DNA of 64,000 nt from Octopus vulgaris (taxonomy: Eukaryota): contig OX597830.1 of assembly GCA_951406725.2 (NCBI GenBank), forward strand, positions 77,004,001 through 77,068,000, given 5' to 3'. Position numbers and translations under genes: made by a program. Positions within the stretch are counted from its first letter, which is position 1; the number at the start of each line of letters is the position of its first letter. Shown here piece by piece: positions 13,414 through 25,497 of this stretch. Under the pieces are notes generated by a model. The model was not told where the DNA came from. It made no database searches and saw only the letters and a program-made list of their open reading frames with translations.

Positions 13414-13901
13414 TTTTGCACAAAATAACAGAAATACCTAGCATCATTTACTATTATTAGTGTTGCTTAATATGTTTTGCTAAAATTGCTGTTTCTTTTC
13501 AGATATCATCAGGAAAAGGTAATTAAAATTCATTAAAATGACAGGTCTATCGGACTTTCAAAGAGGTCGAATTAATGGTGCTTTTATGGCAGGCGCTAGC
13601 GTAACGAAACAACCAAAATGTTTGGTGTATCAAGAAGTACTGTCCTGAAAGTAATCACAGCCTTTGAGAAAAAGGGAAAAACCTACTCGTCGAAACAAAA
13701 CTTTCAGATAGGGACCGTCGAACTCTTACGCGAATTGTTAGAAAGGATCACAAAAGTACAGAGCCCAAAATTACTGCAGAGCTTAATAATCACCTCGAGA
13801 ACACAATTTTCACAAAAACTATTTGCCGGGAGCTGCACAAAGCTGGATTTCACAGGAGTGCTGCAATCAGAAAACCACTACTTTCAAAAATAAACGTTGC
13901 A
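13410..13901 (+). pseudogene. Tc1-family transposon 5' half (left TIR plus transposase DNA-binding domain)
   Basis: ATG at 13538 gives MTGLSDFQRGRINGA..GASVTK / MFGVSRSTVLKV..KGKT / SDRDRRTLTRIVRK..ITAELN..RELHKAGF..AAIRKPLLS, with frameshifts. Begins in (TA)n. Confidence 0.9.
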
Positions 13902-14132
13902 TATGTGTGTGAGTGTGTGTGTGTGTGTGTATGTGTGTGTGTGTGTATGATTGTCTTTGTGTCCTTGGTCTGAAGATGAGCCTGTGTTATACACTTCGCT
14001 TGGATATTTAACTCTTCTGAGGCTCCACTCGCTATGGAACATATGTAGCCCAGATCTTATCAACTTCATCCCTTAACACTTGTATATGTATATATCATAC
14101 GAAGAATAGAAAACATTCAATACTTTCTTTTT

Positions 14133-14262
14133 TTCCTACAGCTGTTTCGATAAATCATACGAGAACATTGCTAAATGGACAATGTAAAGTGCATAAATAT
14201 TAGTTTTAGTTGTGAACTGATTTAAATTTAGTTAAATGAGTTAAAAATCATTTCATCGGGAA
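14133..14262 (-). ncRNA. Degenerate type I hammerhead with long stem II
   Basis: Minus strand reads TTCC-CGATGA, then ~106 nt partly self-pairing, then GAAACAGCTGTA-GGAA. Stem III has a palindromic loop and a GUA site. The core lacks one base. Confidence 0.5.
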
Positions 14263-14321
14263 TGTTTCTGAAATATGAAGGCAAAATCACTGATGCTGGT
14301 ATACATACGTACGAATCGAGG

Positions 14322-14593
14322 TAAAAAATGTTACAAGTAAAAAAGGTCACAGGAAAAATAGTCACGGTAATAAAGCCGCAGGAAAAAATGTCACAGGAGT
14401 TTGTCCAGGGTTGGGGAGGTCCGAGGGGGTTTTGTCTGGATCCTTTAAATGAATTGTGAATTTTTTTCCTGTGACTTTATTACCGGTCACCATAGATTAA
14501 TCGTGACTTTTTTCATGTGACTTTTTTTCCTCACCAAAATTTGTCACTTTATTACTGTGACTTTTTTTCCTACGATTTTATTACCGGTCACCG
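14322..14593. mobile_element. Foldback/MITE-like remnant with modular inverted sub-repeats
   Basis: Tandem GTCACAGGAAAAAA units on the left face TTTTTTCCTGTGAC units on the right. Confidence 0.6.
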
Positions 14594-15484
14594 TACATAC
14601 ATGCATGATTTCTAAATGTTCTTTATCTCCGTATTGTGAGTCTTCATGACGGTCAACGAGATGCTGGATGGTTTCGCGAGATTGCGATTGCATTTCATTT
14701 ACAGTGAATCTCTGCTGTGAGAACCCATGTCTAACAAGCGACAAAAACATGTACAGTACTTGTACTATCATGCAGAGAGCGAAAGAATATGATGATTTGG
14801 AATAGACTATTTCTCTGAAAGAAATGACTTTTTCAATTGTTTAAATCAAATCTTCTTTTATTAGGCACATCAGCATAAAAGGACAATATCCTGCAATCAT
14901 TGTTTTGTTTTGTTTTTTGGGGGTTTATTTTTGCTTTTTTTTTTTTTGGTAAACGCTCAGTCCCGAAATATTAAGTTCTACTTCTCCATAAGGTATATAC
15001 TCTTATCTAAATTTCCATACTTCACTCTTTAATCAGAATATGTTGGAAAAGTTTTTGCGAGTCCTAAATGTACATAATTCACAATAATTAAAGTACGTTA
15101 GGAAAGGAATGAGGGGTCCAAACTCACATGGCCCACTAATTAAATTATATTAGAAAATGAATAAAGTCAACAACCTCATATATTTCACAATATAATAAAA
15201 AATATCGTAAGAAAAGAGTGAAACCCTCAAACTCGCATGATTTATTCTAAGGAACAGAAGTTTAAACTTTCGAATGATCGTTGAGTCCGCTTCAAATATA
15301 ACTTATTTGTTGTTGTTGCTGCTGTTTATTTTGAACCCAGGTACCTGGTATTCAAGTCGTTCATTCTCTTATATATACGTATACATGAGAATTGGTCTGG
15401 GGTTTGAAAATCTGTATATGTATATATGCATGTACATAAATATGTGTGCATATTATGTATATATGTGTTTATGAATGTATGTGT

Positions 15485-15568
<84 letters not shown>

Positions 15569-15580
15569 ATATGTATACGT

Positions 15581-15895
15581 GGAAGCGCAATGGCCCAATG
15601 GTTAGAGCAACAGACTCGCGGTCGGAGGATCGCGGTTTCGATTCCCAGATTGGGTGTGTTTATTGAGCGAAAACACCTAAAGCTCCACGAAGTCCCGGCA
15701 GGGGTTGGTGGTGACCCCTGCTGTACTCTTTCGCCCCAACTTTCTCTCACTCTCTCTCTCTCTCTCTCCCTGTTCTTGAGTAACGCTGCGATGGACTGGC
15801 GTCCCATTGCAGGTCGGGGGAACACATACGCCACAGAAACCGGGAAACTGGGCCCATGAGCCTTGGTAGGTTTGAAAAGGGCTCATAAATAAAAA
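15581..15895 (+). mobile_element. tRNA-derived SINE family S2 (tRNA-Arg-like head, resembles octopus OR SINEs), tail type C
   Basis: A-box TGGCCCAATGG, B-box-like GGTTTCGATTCCC, GACTCGCGGTC anticodon-arm-like segment and A-rich tail. Confidence 0.85.
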
Positions 15896-18150
15896 ATATA
15901 TGCATGCAAGTGTATATATATTTTTAATATATACATCGTACGGACATACATGCCATTCTCATTTGTACTTATCATAGATGCATTAGGTTATATACCAACA
16001 AATTTGCACAAAACCTAGAAATACTCGCTTTCACAAAGAACATAAGGAACTGAAGCAGATTCTCCAACTCTAGTCTATTAGAGTCACAGTGAAGATTTGT
16101 AAGACAATGGGAAAATTCTCCATGTGAGATTCTTTTGTGAATAGATGCACACACTTAGGTGTATGCATCGATAGTTCAGTCAACACACCAACTCAGTCTC
16201 ATATTTGCAAACACGGGGAAATCTTTTAACTCAAAATGTCTTGCTTTGTGTAGCGAACGGCTTGAACTCTCTCAAGAACTTAAATTAAACTAAAGGAAAA
16301 AAACATACGTACATACATACATACATACATACATACATACATACATACATACCTACATACATACATACATACATACATAGACTGATGTTGCTTCTATCTT
16401 TTAAGTGGTCGTGTGCTCATGCAGTTTCGAAATGCAATGAATCAAAGTTTGGAAGCCTGTAAACAGTCCATAAAAAAGTTACTATCAATCACGACGCTAT
16501 TGTTCACCAAAATCATATCAAATAAAAGTAAATAAATAAATATATCACCATAGTTTATCAGAAGCAAAAATGAGATTCAAATGTTTTCAAATGACCAGGC
16601 GGCAAAGATCAAAAGACTACGATACGTATCCATTCCAGTGAAAGAGCCAGACACGCTTGGACGCCCTTTTCACTAAGTGGTCAGCTGACGATATACTGAC
16701 CGACTGCAAAGGAGACTTAATTGTGAAAAGTCTCTCTACTTGTTCGCTGCTTGCTAGCACACATCAACAGTATTTTCTCTCTGCCGCCTCGGAACCCCAC
16801 CAACTTCCTTCTGTTTTCTCCCTCACCTCCTCCCCCGCCGCCATCTCTATCAAACCCATCTAAACAAACACCCTTTTCTCCCTCCGCTCTATCATTCTCA
16901 TCCACATCCATCTAACCTGTTTCAACTCACACTCTTAGAACCTCTTTAAGAGTTTCCCCTTCTTCTCACTTATTTCTCATAAGCCAACACCATAACCACC
17001 ACTATCACAATTGCTACCACCACCACTACAATCGTCGACGCCGCCACCTACTCCACTTCGCTTCCTTATCAACTGATCCTTAACCGGATTTCATGGGTCT
17101 CTGTGATCAACAGGGAGCGTGGTTGTTACGGTTGGTGTTAAGTTTATTTTCTCTCCCTCTCCCTCTCTTTCTATATATATATATATTTGTATGTATGTAT
17201 GTATGTATGTATGTATGTATGTATGTATGTATGTATGTATATGTCTAGCCCTCTCTCATAGCCGTCATATCATGTTACCCGTTGCCTGTGAAAGATTTAT
17301 ATCAACTACCAAAACCCCTACACCTGTCCCCTAAAAACCCTTTACGTTCGACTAAATGGCTCCTCGCAATTTTTCGAAATAAATAAATAAATAAATATAC
17401 AAATAAATAACAGAAAGACTACACCAAGAAAATGCGTTTCAACGATAATGGTTTCTTTCGAACATAGGCACAAGGCCAAAATTTCGAGTTATTTTTTCTT
17501 CTTTTTTTCTTCTAAGGGGTGAGTGAGAGATTTCGACAGTTGAATTTTATCCACCCCGAAACAACAAAATATAAAGTGGAGCCTAGCTGGATTCGAACCT
17601 AGAGCGTAAAGGGACGAAACTAAATGCTATACGTTTATACTGGTACACTAATAACCCTTTCTACTAAAGATACAAGGCCTTAAAGTTTGTGAGAGGGGTG
17701 GATTAGAACGACCCTAGTGAATAAATAGGACTTAACTTGTTGACACCCAAAGGATAAAAGAGATAGTCGACCTTGGAGGAATTTGAACTCAGGACGCAAA
17801 AAGAGATACTTATTACGCACATTGACCATCTCGTAGCTAAGAATTCATAGACGATAGTATAATTTCTTAGATAAACTGCGGCATTTCTTTCGGTTATAAC
17901 CATTGTGAGTTCAAATTCCACCGAATTCAGCTTTCAATGAATTATCATTTAAAAATATTGTTATTTTATAAACATAGTTTTAGTAACCCGGTTATTATTA
18001 ACTGAATTGGGCTTGTTCTGAGGTAATTTGAATACGAAAAATTGTTACCAAATAATCGTGTGAGGTGTAGAAACATAGGTTGTGCTGCATTGATAAAGCC
18101 TATGAACTTCCATCTGCAAGTTATCATTGTTATTATATTATATTCACAAA

Positions 18151-18515
18151 GGCGGCGAGTTGGCTGAATCGTTAGCAACGCCGGGCGAAATGCATAGCCG
18201 TATTTTGTCTGCCGTTACGTTCTGAGTTCAAATTCCGCCGAGGTGGACTTTGCTTTTCCTCCTTTCGGGATCGATTAAATAAGAACCAGTTACGCACTGG
18301 GGTCGATATAATCGACTTAATCCATTTGTTTGTCCCCTCTGTGTGTAGGTATTTCGTCTGCCGCTAACTTCTGAGTTCAAATTCCGCCGAGGTCGACTTT
18401 GCTTTTCATCCTTTCGGGTCGATTAAATAAATACCAGTTACGCACTGGGGTCGATGTAATCGACTACCCCGTCGCCCAACTTTCAGACCTTATGCCCATT
18501 GTCGAAAGGACTATC
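18151..18515 (+). mobile_element. SINE family S4, dimeric
   Basis: The body is repeated twice (18200-18345 and 18349-18515). Confidence 0.85.
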
Positions 18516-18672
18516 ATAATATATTTATCCTAAGCTGAAAGGAGTTCCACGGGTCAACCCATGCCATTGCCTCTGGGAAATGGAATTAACAGGTAATAGC
18601 CGACAAGAAGCATATGAACTTATAAGAGAGCATTAAGTGACTTTTCCCCAAATTAAACTAAATGGACGGATA

Positions 18673-18900
18673 TACAGGGTTATTCAAAAGAATGAACCGA
18701 TTTCATTATGCAATAAGGAAAAGCAATAGAAAACTCCAGGTAACTCACAATCAACATTTATTTCCTCTCTTACAGGTTTTCAATGTGACCACCACGGGCA
18801 ATATCAATGCAGTAAAAGAATTCCTCCCAGACGCTCTTTGTGCTTGGCCAGCGAGATCTCCAGACCTAACCGTATGTGATATTTTCTTGAGGGTACATCG
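18673..18900 (+). mobile_element. Tc1/mariner-superfamily remnant
   Basis: TA|CAGGGTTATTCAAAAGAATG TIR-like end and catalytic-domain motif WPARSPDLTVCDIFL. Confidence 0.7.
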
Positions 18901-19009
18901 AAGGTGAGTGGTAGCAGTGGAACATAAACGCGATCTTTTACATATATGTGATCCGGACAACCCTACCCCACCGGACAAAGACTTCTCGGACTAAACCTCC
19001 TCGGGTTGG

Positions 19010-19250
19010 GGTGTTACGCTCACTAATGCGAGACTCTGATTTGAATTCCTGAACTGGGTAGTGCCTGGTGTTCTTGAGCAAAAATCTTCATGTCATGCTG
19101 GTCTTCGATCACATCAACAGCTGAAGTGTTGCAACCTGTACACTTGGTTCAGGCAGCGTCAATTTGATAGAAGGAGTGAACGAATGTACAGCACAAATAT
19201 TTGATCACTGTAAACAAATAATTTGTGCAGGTCTTTCGACTAAGGGCGAA
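19010..19250 (+). mobile_element. Old SINE (S3-type centre, different tail)
   Basis: GTGTTCTTGAGCAA central motif after a decayed B-box. Confidence 0.5.
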
Positions 19251-19300
19251 TTGAATTACATACATATGGATGGATGGATGGATGGATGGATGGATGGATG

Positions 19301-19911
19301 GACTGGTGTCAATTCCTTAACCTATGAGTAAAGGAAAAGCACTACAGTCCTAAGAGGAAGGGTACCACCTTCAAACCATCTGTCTTTCCTCACTGACACA
19401 GACACCATGCATTCTTGGTGTGAGCATCACCAGTGCATGTTCCCGTCACGTCTTTTTCTACACATAACATATTTCTTCCTTTTACATAATTTTCTTTCGG
19501 TTATAACACCCTTTTCTAATAGGTACGACACAGTAACCTCCTCTGTTCTTAGTGCTTCCACCACAGAAGCGAGGTTACCGGAGCTTGCTGCCATAATCAA
19601 ATAGTAAAATTTCTAACAGAACAGAGCGTTAAAAAGTGGTTTCAATATCTTTGTCAACACGCGCTTTCTTGCAGACAAAAGAGTTCTCTGTTCCGCTTCT
19701 TACTATGGAAACAGGCATGAATATGTCGATGGCTTACGATTGGCTAAAAGTACCAAATTTTTTAAAAATTAATTGCTAATAATTCTTTATTTCTTAATTT
19801 ATAGCGAAAATGATTTTCACGTCATTCATTAGCCTACATAAGCGTATCATTACTTTGAATATGACATCAATTCGAACAGAATTGGTGTTGGCAGCCAAAC
19901 CGAAAAGATCC
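19301..19911 (-). pseudogene. Merlin (IS1595-related) DNA transposon 5' portion
   Basis: ATG at 19594 gives MAASSGNLASVVEALRTEEVTVSYLLEKGVI..LCKGRNM, then after a frameshift HW*CSHQEC..SVRKDRWFEGGTLPLRTVVLFLYS*VKELT. This matches the Merlin N-terminal Zn-ribbon and S.R..WF motifs. Putative TIR GGATCTTTTCGGTTTG at 19911. Confidence 0.7.
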
Positions 19912-19932
19912 TCGAGCTGGTCAAGGGTATCA

Positions 19933-20515
19933 GAGTAGGGAAGATTCGAGACTAGAAGAGCTCCGAGAAACAGAAGCTAATATAGGAACTGGTCGGCAGT
20001 GAACGAGAGGCGGAGGTACGAGACTTACCAATTCTAGATAATAGAGCATTTTATATAAGCGTGTCGGTGGCGGGTAGCTGAGAGACGGAAGTAGAATACC
20101 AGAAATCTCCGAGGAACAGCGGCTAGTATAGTATCGGATAGGTCGAGGAAATCCGAGAAACAGGGGTACGGAACCAAATAATCTCCAAGTAAAATGGGGC
20201 ATTATTGCAGCAAGTCACTCGAGGGAAACTGTGAGACAGAGGTGTGGGACCAGGTAGCTCCAAGCAACAGAGGCTTTTATAGTAGTGAGTCAGTGGAGGG
20301 TGTCTGAGTGTTGGCGTTACGAGAACAGCAGCTACAAGAAAACGGACTATTTTAGCGAATTAGTCGAGGGTAGCTCAGTGACAGAAATACGCGATCAGCA
20401 AATTTCGATGAACAGAGGACATAGTATTGAATCGGTCTAGGGTTCCAGAAAAAAAGAGGTACAAGATCATCCAACTATGAGGAACAGAGGCCTTTTTAGA
20501 GCAGCGACAGAAAGT
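19933..20515. repeat. Diverged tandem array, 8 units of ~74 bp
   Basis: Unit starts at ~19933, 20007, 20082, 20157, 20233, 20306, 20378 and 20448. Consensus is roughly GAGACAGAGGTACGAGACCAG..CTCCGAGGAACAGAGGCTTTTATAG..AGTCGAGGGTAGCT. Confidence 0.8.
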
Positions 20516-20875
20516 GAAGGCGCAATGGCCCAATGGTTAGGGCAGCGGACTCGCAGTCGGAGGATCGCGGTTTCGATTCCCAGACCAGGCGTTGTGTTTG
20601 TTTATTGATCGAAAACCTTTAATGCTCCACGAGGCTCCGGCAGGGGGTGGTGGCCACCCCTGATGTACTCTTTTGCTCCAACTTTCTCTTACTCTTTCTT
20701 CCTGTTTCTTGTCCCCGACTTCCTACGCAAACGCTGAGCCTGGATGCGCATTCATCCATCCGGCGATGCTCTCGGTGTCGGGGGTTGACCTGCAAATACG
20801 AATAGCAAGGGGCCACATTTCGGACTTCTCCCACGAAGACCGCTTCGCTCAACAGCAACAGCAGCAGCGACAGAA
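20516..20875 (+). mobile_element. SINE family S2, tail type D
   Basis: Same head and body as 15581, then an unrelated 3' region ending in (CAG/CAA)n. Confidence 0.85.
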
Positions 20876-21661
20876 AAGATAAATTTTTTCAAAAACATAA
20901 CATGCAGATTTCAGGTTATATATGAAGTGGAATTTCAAATCAGGGCCCTCATAAACCTTTAGTTTTACATAAATTATCATATATTATGTTGGGAGGAAGC
21001 ATGTCCCGTCGGGATTTGCATGAAACTGATCCATTTGTGTGTTAGTGACCCGCTCAATGAGGTGTTACATTTAATGACTCCCATTAGCTTCTGTTGTCAT
21101 CTCCAGTGTCAAGTTATGTATTGGACGGGATTGGTACTCTAGTCACATACCATCACACACACACACACACATACATACACACATAAACACACACACATTC
21201 ACACACTCATATAAACAATTAACATACAAATATAGTTGTGCGAGTGTGCGTACATTTGGGTGTTTGTGTATAGAAATGCATACATATGTATATAGGTGTA
21301 TATGTATATAGATATAAATATATACATGTACATATACATACGCACACACGCACACACGCACACACAGAGTTATACGCACGCGCACTTATATATGCGAAAG
21401 CACATCCTCCAAACTATAAAACGGTAATAGTCATGCTGGTAGCAATGACTTTTTATTACTTTCCACTATCATAAGCAAACAATAAATATGTCACCTCATT
21501 GACTTCACACACACACACAAATGCACAAATATGTATGTACACGTGTATATATTTATGTATGGATGTGTCTGTGTGTGTGTACATATACGAACACTCACAC
21601 ATACATATATGTATATATATATATATATATATACATAAATAAGTGTACATACACGAACACT

Positions 21662-21724
<63 letters not shown>

Positions 21725-21974
21725 TAAATATACACACACAGAGGCATTATAAATCAAATATTAATAAAGTGTTAATAATAAAAATAATGATAATAGCTTG
21801 ATATGAGCCGCACCAGCCCCACACGTACATATTCACTCATACAACACACGCACGCGCACTTTATATCCCTCAGCTTTTCTACCTCACCCAATTTCACTCA
21901 TTCTTTATAAATTTTCTTTCACCATCACTTTTGTTCCCACTTAATCCTCATTGTTTACATATACATATATTTAT

Positions 21975-22762
21975 CGTTAAAATACATCTCGCTGATGCTC
22001 TGGAATGCAGCCGCAGTAATATTTCTAGGGTTATACAGGGTTTCGGGTCTTTCAACATCGGGCCCACTGTACAGTTGACTAAACAGAGGTGAAGCTCCAA
22101 GTTGTTTCCCAATAGCAGCAAACCACTGGTCGGGTTGAGTCGGCTTCTTCTACCACCCTCGAAGCATCTCGAACCGTTGCAGTGGAAGAAGTTTCGTGGG
22201 AATATGATTTTCACAAGCAGTCCTCAACAATCCCGCATGTAGAGACATCCTGTTTGTCGCAGATTGTCCGCAGACCCAAGGACAGACGACAGAGGATCCG
22301 CCGGTTGCCGAAACAGACACTCCGAGGATTTTCACCAGAGCCCGTCTACCGGGTTGTGGACCTAATACTACTCGCAGACCAAACCTGGGTGGCAGAACCG
22401 AAGTACGGCATATCTGACATCGTTGCCGCAACGCACAGCCTCCCAGTTGACAGAGGTGAAGCTCCCTAGCAGCAAACCACTGGTCAGTCCACTTTATCCA
22501 AAGACTCCTAGCAGCCTTTTGCATTTTCTGTAATGGAATTTGTACCCCAATCCTTCTATGACCTTTACATAATGGGTATTCGCAAAACCTTGGCAGCCTA
22601 CATCAATCTAATCGTCTCGATTTTTGCATTGCTCTACCAGCTTCATCATACAAACCAATTCCCATCTTAAGGCGCAGGCAATTCCAACATGATCGTCTGT
22701 TTGGTGGAATTTGAGAAAAGCTGAATGTCTGGTCGTAGTTTTGTTGGTACGATGTGATCAGG
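21975..22762 (-). pseudogene. Hero-clade-like non-LTR retrotransposon 3' end (restriction-like endonuclease domain plus 3' UTR)
   Basis: PDHIVPTKLRPDIQLFSNSTKQTIMLELPAP*, KLVEQCK, IDVGCQGFA and KAARSLWIKWTDQW. The 3' UTR GATGTTGAAAGACCCGAAAC resembles Hero elements. Confidence 0.75.
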
Positions 22763-22824
22763 ATCTATAACATCTCCACAAAATCCACTCTCAGCATAGG
22801 GACCGTATGCTTAAATATAATATA

Positions 22825-23209
22825 TCTCTCTCTATATAAACGGCAGTTTGTCTGTGCGTGTTTCTGTGTGTCTGTTTGCTTGTACCCTCACCCTGACCAC
22901 GGCTTTCAACCGATTCTGATGAAACTTGACACACACATAGCCCAATGTCATAATTCAAAACTAATGCAGCGAAAATTTTGAAAAGTTCCCCCAGTTCTGA
23001 AAAAAATCGATAAATTCGACATGGGGTCGAGAATCAGGAACACAAACCACAAACTTTGTAGGTGACGCAACTCCACCTTTTTTAACTATCAAAAAAAAAT
23101 TTACCATAATTTTTTCCGTTTTTCTTGCTATTTTTTGGCTATAACTCTCTAAAAATGCTTTATAGTTATTTCCCTTACAAACCTGAGCAACGCCGGGCGA
23201 TACTGCTAG
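22825..23209 (+). mobile_element. Non-autonomous Helitron A
   Basis: A|TC start, subterminal hairpin CCTGAGCAACGCCGGG, CTAG|T end, no TSD. Confidence 0.85.
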
Positions 23210-23515
23210 TACTATATATATGCATCGGTACAAATATGCATATACATATACAGACATCTCGAAAAGCGCGATCAGCCAAGGCAAAACTCGTGTTGACCCT
23301 CATTTTGGAAGTATTATATATTAAACAACAGTAAGTATCAGTAAACTACATCCGAGGTACTAAATTCTATATGAGATGATGACTGTAATGTGCATAAGAT
23401 ATATTTTTATATACTTTACAATCCTTACATTGGAATATATATATGTGTGTGTATATATATGTGTGTGTATATAACATTTTTAAGGATTTAAGGATTTATA
23501 TATATTTATATATAC

Positions 23516-23673
23516 GCGCAGGAGTGGCTGTGTGGCAAGAAGCTTGCTTGGCTCCGAGTTCCGTCCCACTGCGTGGCACCTTGGGCAAGTGTCAACTACT
23601 GTAGCCTCAGGCCGACCACCCTTGTAGAAGTATTAGGCTTACAAAGAATAAGTCCTGGAGTCGATTTGTCCGA
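23516..23673 (+). mobile_element. SINE family S1, deleted derivative
   Basis: Head homology to 3988-4397. Confidence 0.7.
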
Positions 23674-23892
23674 ATCAAGTAATATGTATATTGCTCTGAA
23701 GATCTTCTGCCCAGCATACTCGAAATGCAAACTTATATTATTATGTTTTGTAATATAAGTTGGGTGTAAAGTGAAATAATTGTACGCATTGTAAATTAAT
23801 TAATAAATTAATTTATATCCATTGAAACTCTCTATTTTGAAACTTATCAATTATATATGTATACATACATACATACATACATGCATATATAT

Positions 23893-24060
23893 ATAGGGAG
23901 AATTCACAAAAAAAAAAAAAAGACGAAGACAGGTTGTGTGGACAACAAACAGATGTTTAAGTATAACGCTCGGGAAGTAAAAAAGTCTTTAACGTTTCGA
24001 GCCTACGCTGTTCCACAGAAAGAAACAAGGAGAGAAAATAAAGAATGTGTTGTAGTGACT
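23893..24060 (-). mobile_element. Short Penelope-like terminal fragment with decayed hammerhead (23986-24023)
   Basis: Minus strand reads TCTTT-CTGTGGA-A-CAGC-GTAG-GCTC-GAAA-CG-TT-AAAGA. Stem I is intact and the core is mutated. Related copy at 36630-36760 (+). Confidence 0.6.
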
Positions 24061-24142
24061 AGGATATCCAGATTTGAACCCTCAACTTTAGGATCATGTA
24101 CTGATATACCTTAACTACTAGGGCATGTACCTTTACTACTAC

Positions 24143-24189
<47 letters not shown>

Positions 24190-24271
24190 TTACTACTACT
24201 ACCATAGCCAAAAAGTCCTATTGATATACCTTCCAAATACCCTTGCAGGCTCCCCACCCGAACAATACCTA

Positions 24272-24492
24272 TTTCTTTACTACCCACAATGGGTTAAATA
24301 CAGAGAGGATAAACAAGGACAGACAAACGGATTAAGTCGATTACATCGACCCAGTGCGTAACTGGTACTTAATTTATTGATCTCGAAAGGAGGAAAGGCA
24401 AAGTCGACCTCGGCGGAATTTGAACTCAGAACGTAACGGGAGACGAAATACGGCTACGCATTTCGCCCGGCGTGCTAACGTTTCTGCCAGCA
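24272..24492 (-). mobile_element. SINE family S4
   Basis: Reverse complement of 11843-12067. Confidence 0.85.
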
Positions 24493-24884
24493 CATACCGC
24501 AGTCTCCAGCACTAGCTGTAACAACACTAACAACCACCAGCTGCAACACTACACCACAGCCACCACCACAACCACTACAACTACCAGCACGTCTACGCGT
24601 CTACCAATATAATACCAAAACGTCTAAGTCACAAACACCCTTCAACCACGACTATCACAACCAATACCAATAACATCACCAACACCATCACCATCACCAT
24701 CACCATCTCCACAACCATTACCGTCACTACCATCATCACCCCCACCACCACACCACCCTGTTGCCACCTCCACCCCACAATTACCAATGATTCTAGGAGT
24801 GATAGAGACGAAGGAGTCATAAATCTGTCAGATCAAAGAAATACTTTTACTTGAACGCCTGCTGAGGACAAGAGAAGGAGACTC

Positions 24885-24921
<37 letters not shown>

Positions 24922-25320
24922 GATGTGTGCATGTGTGTATATGTGTGTGTGTATGTGTGTACGTGTGTTTGTGTGTGTGTACGAGTGCTTGGGTGTGTGT
25001 GTGTATATGAGTGTATGTGTGAGTCTGTATATCTATATGTTGTACGATTTTATGTATGTCTATATGTACGCGAGTGCATACGTGTTTCTGTATGTTCATG
25101 TACGTATGTGTGTGTGAGGGAGACACACACACACACACACACACACATACACACACACAGACAAACAGACTGACAGAGAGGGGCGAAAGTGTAGCGTGGA
25201 AGCGAGTGGTGGAGTGATAGAGTGAGAGTGTGTGATATTGAGGAAAAACTTAAGGAGCTGAGAGTGACACTAAGTGAAACCGAGGGAGTAAATCAAAGAG
25301 AAACAGACAGACAGACAGAC

Positions 25321-25370
<50 letters not shown>

Positions 25371-25442
25371 GTAGGGCAAGTATACCTCACATAGGTATAT
25401 ATATATAGAGAGATAGATAGATAGATTGATAGATAGATAAGT

Positions 25443-25497
<55 letters not shown>

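Noticed and set aside
15581-15655. tRNA-Arg gene (also 20516, 37720, 42400)
   Set aside because: The acceptor stem does not close and each continues into a shared repeat body, so these are SINE heads.
19933-20515. CRISPR-like array
   Set aside because: Similarity extends across whole units, with no invariant repeat and unique spacers, no cas genes, and a eukaryotic context.
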